The notes under the pieces: generated by a model
Database searches by the model: none
The model's input: only the letters and a program-made list of their open reading frames with translations
Told to the model about the DNA's origin: nothing
Translations under genes and position numbers: made by a program
Origin: Azolla caroliniana
Lineage: Eukaryota > Plantae > Polypodiophyta
Reading direction: 5' to 3'
Length of the DNA: 8,778 nucleotides
Assembly: GCA_043228905.1 (NCBI GenBank)
Contig: JBHGNT010001417.1
Location: 1 to 8,778, forward strand
Shown: positions 7,559-8,778 of the stretch, piece after piece
Position numbering within the stretch: position 1 is the first letter of the stretch
How the letters are laid out: the number at the start of each line of letters is the position of its first letter

Positions 7559-8778
7559 ACACCAGACATGGCTATGCTAAGATGGATTGCATATGTAAAG
7601 TCGCTTAATCCAGAGGTGCGACACATATCCGGAAAAGACAACACGATAGCAGATATGCTATCAAGGGCATGGTTTGGAGAGGACATATCCGAATCCGATA
7701 ATGAAGAAGTTTCCGAAACCTAATTTAATTCAAAGCACATATGCGTGGTGAACGTAATATGAGAATTTCGAGAAGCCAAATACGAGGGAGAAAGCCTGAT
7801 GATCGGGAAGATGCTTCAAGAAATCAAGGAATCATCGAACAATATGGAAAAGAGAGCCAAGATTCGAAGTAAGAAGCGGAAAGTCTGGAAGTTCTTCTTA
7901 AACAATGGATTAATCTGGAGCCGAAAAGACCAAATGGCATACCATTGCGGGTAGTCGGAACAAAAGAGCAATGAGATCGAATAATATCCGAATTTCACGA
8001 ATCCAATTGGGCTGGACATCAGGGACCATGGGCAACATTCGCGAAGATCAAGCAAAAATATTGGTGGAAGAATATGTACAAAGATGTAGCGGAGTTCACG
8101 AGAAGTTGCGAAAAATGCCAAATCTACTCTAGGGTTCGACACCGAGATGAATTACATCCGACATTCTCACCAACAATCAACCTCAAATGGATGGTCAACA
8201 TTGTGGCCATGCCAACTAGGATCAGACATAAGAAGTACTTGGTATTAGCTCAGAAGATTTGATGAACCAAGTAGAAGGTCGGGCGCTACGGAGGAAAACA
8301 TGTTTCGCAGTATGCCAATTTCTCTTGGAAGAAGTGTTCTGCAGGTACGTGTGCGTAGGACAAGTGATTGCGGATTGGGGAGAACCTGACTCTGATAAAG
8401 CTAGGGAATTCTTCACTAAACATGGAGTATGGTTAACACTAACCACGGCATACAATCCGGAAGCCAACGGGAAGATCAAACGAGGACATAGTCCAATCGT
8501 GAAAGCACTTGTGAAGGCATGCGACAGGAGGGTGAAGAATTGGCCACAGATGCTTCCATATGCACTATGGGCGGATCGCACAACGCATAGTTCTGGGACC
8601 AGTTATATGCTAGTAGAACTTATGACCGGACAAGCTCTGGTGATGCCTACAAAAACCGCAATTGCAACATGGACTGTGCTACCATGGAAGGAAGTGATGA
8701 GCCGGGAAGAACTGCTAGTGATCCGGATACGACAGCTAGAAGGGAGATCAAAAGACGTAGCGGAAGCGATACGCCGAT
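7556..8778 (+). pseudogene. pol: degenerate pol fragment (RNase H C-terminus, linker, integrase), element D; runs off the window
   Basis: TPDMAMLRWIAYVKSLNPEVRHISGKDNTIADMLSR, HHCC, core ...IADWGE...TTAYNPEANGKIKRGH...WPQMLPYALWADRT. Stops at 7721, 7760 and 7972; frameshifts near 7919 and 8252. Confidence 0.95.

Overview
This window is eukaryotic, probably plant (tRNA-Trp-type PBS; a bryophyte-like lineage is my inference), and consists almost entirely of nested, decayed Ty3/gypsy LTR retrotransposons. I found no host gene. (A) 1-4966 (+): a GC/CpG-rich element with gag(CCHC)-protease ending at G GAT TTT TAG plus a downstream stem-loop (candidate -1 frameshift). RT-RNaseH-integrase follows, damaged by three deletions including loss of the integrase core, then a PPT and 3' LTR. 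(B) 4967-6255 (-): the 5' LTR, tRNA-Trp PBS and degenerate gag N-terminus of a related element, interrupted by A. (C) 6256-~7558: about 9.8 copies of a 105/106-bp tandem repeat with alternating dimer structure, followed by a unique tail, interrupted by B. (D) ~7556-8778 (+): an older, AT-richer RNaseH-integrase pseudogene of the same lineage, whose sequence reveals what A has lost. The best novelty candidates are the plant-virus-style frameshift cassette placed after the protease, a DHG protease motif, a gag ATG abutting the PBS, conserved LTR motifs and a hairpin over the PPT. All alignments and folds were done by eye.
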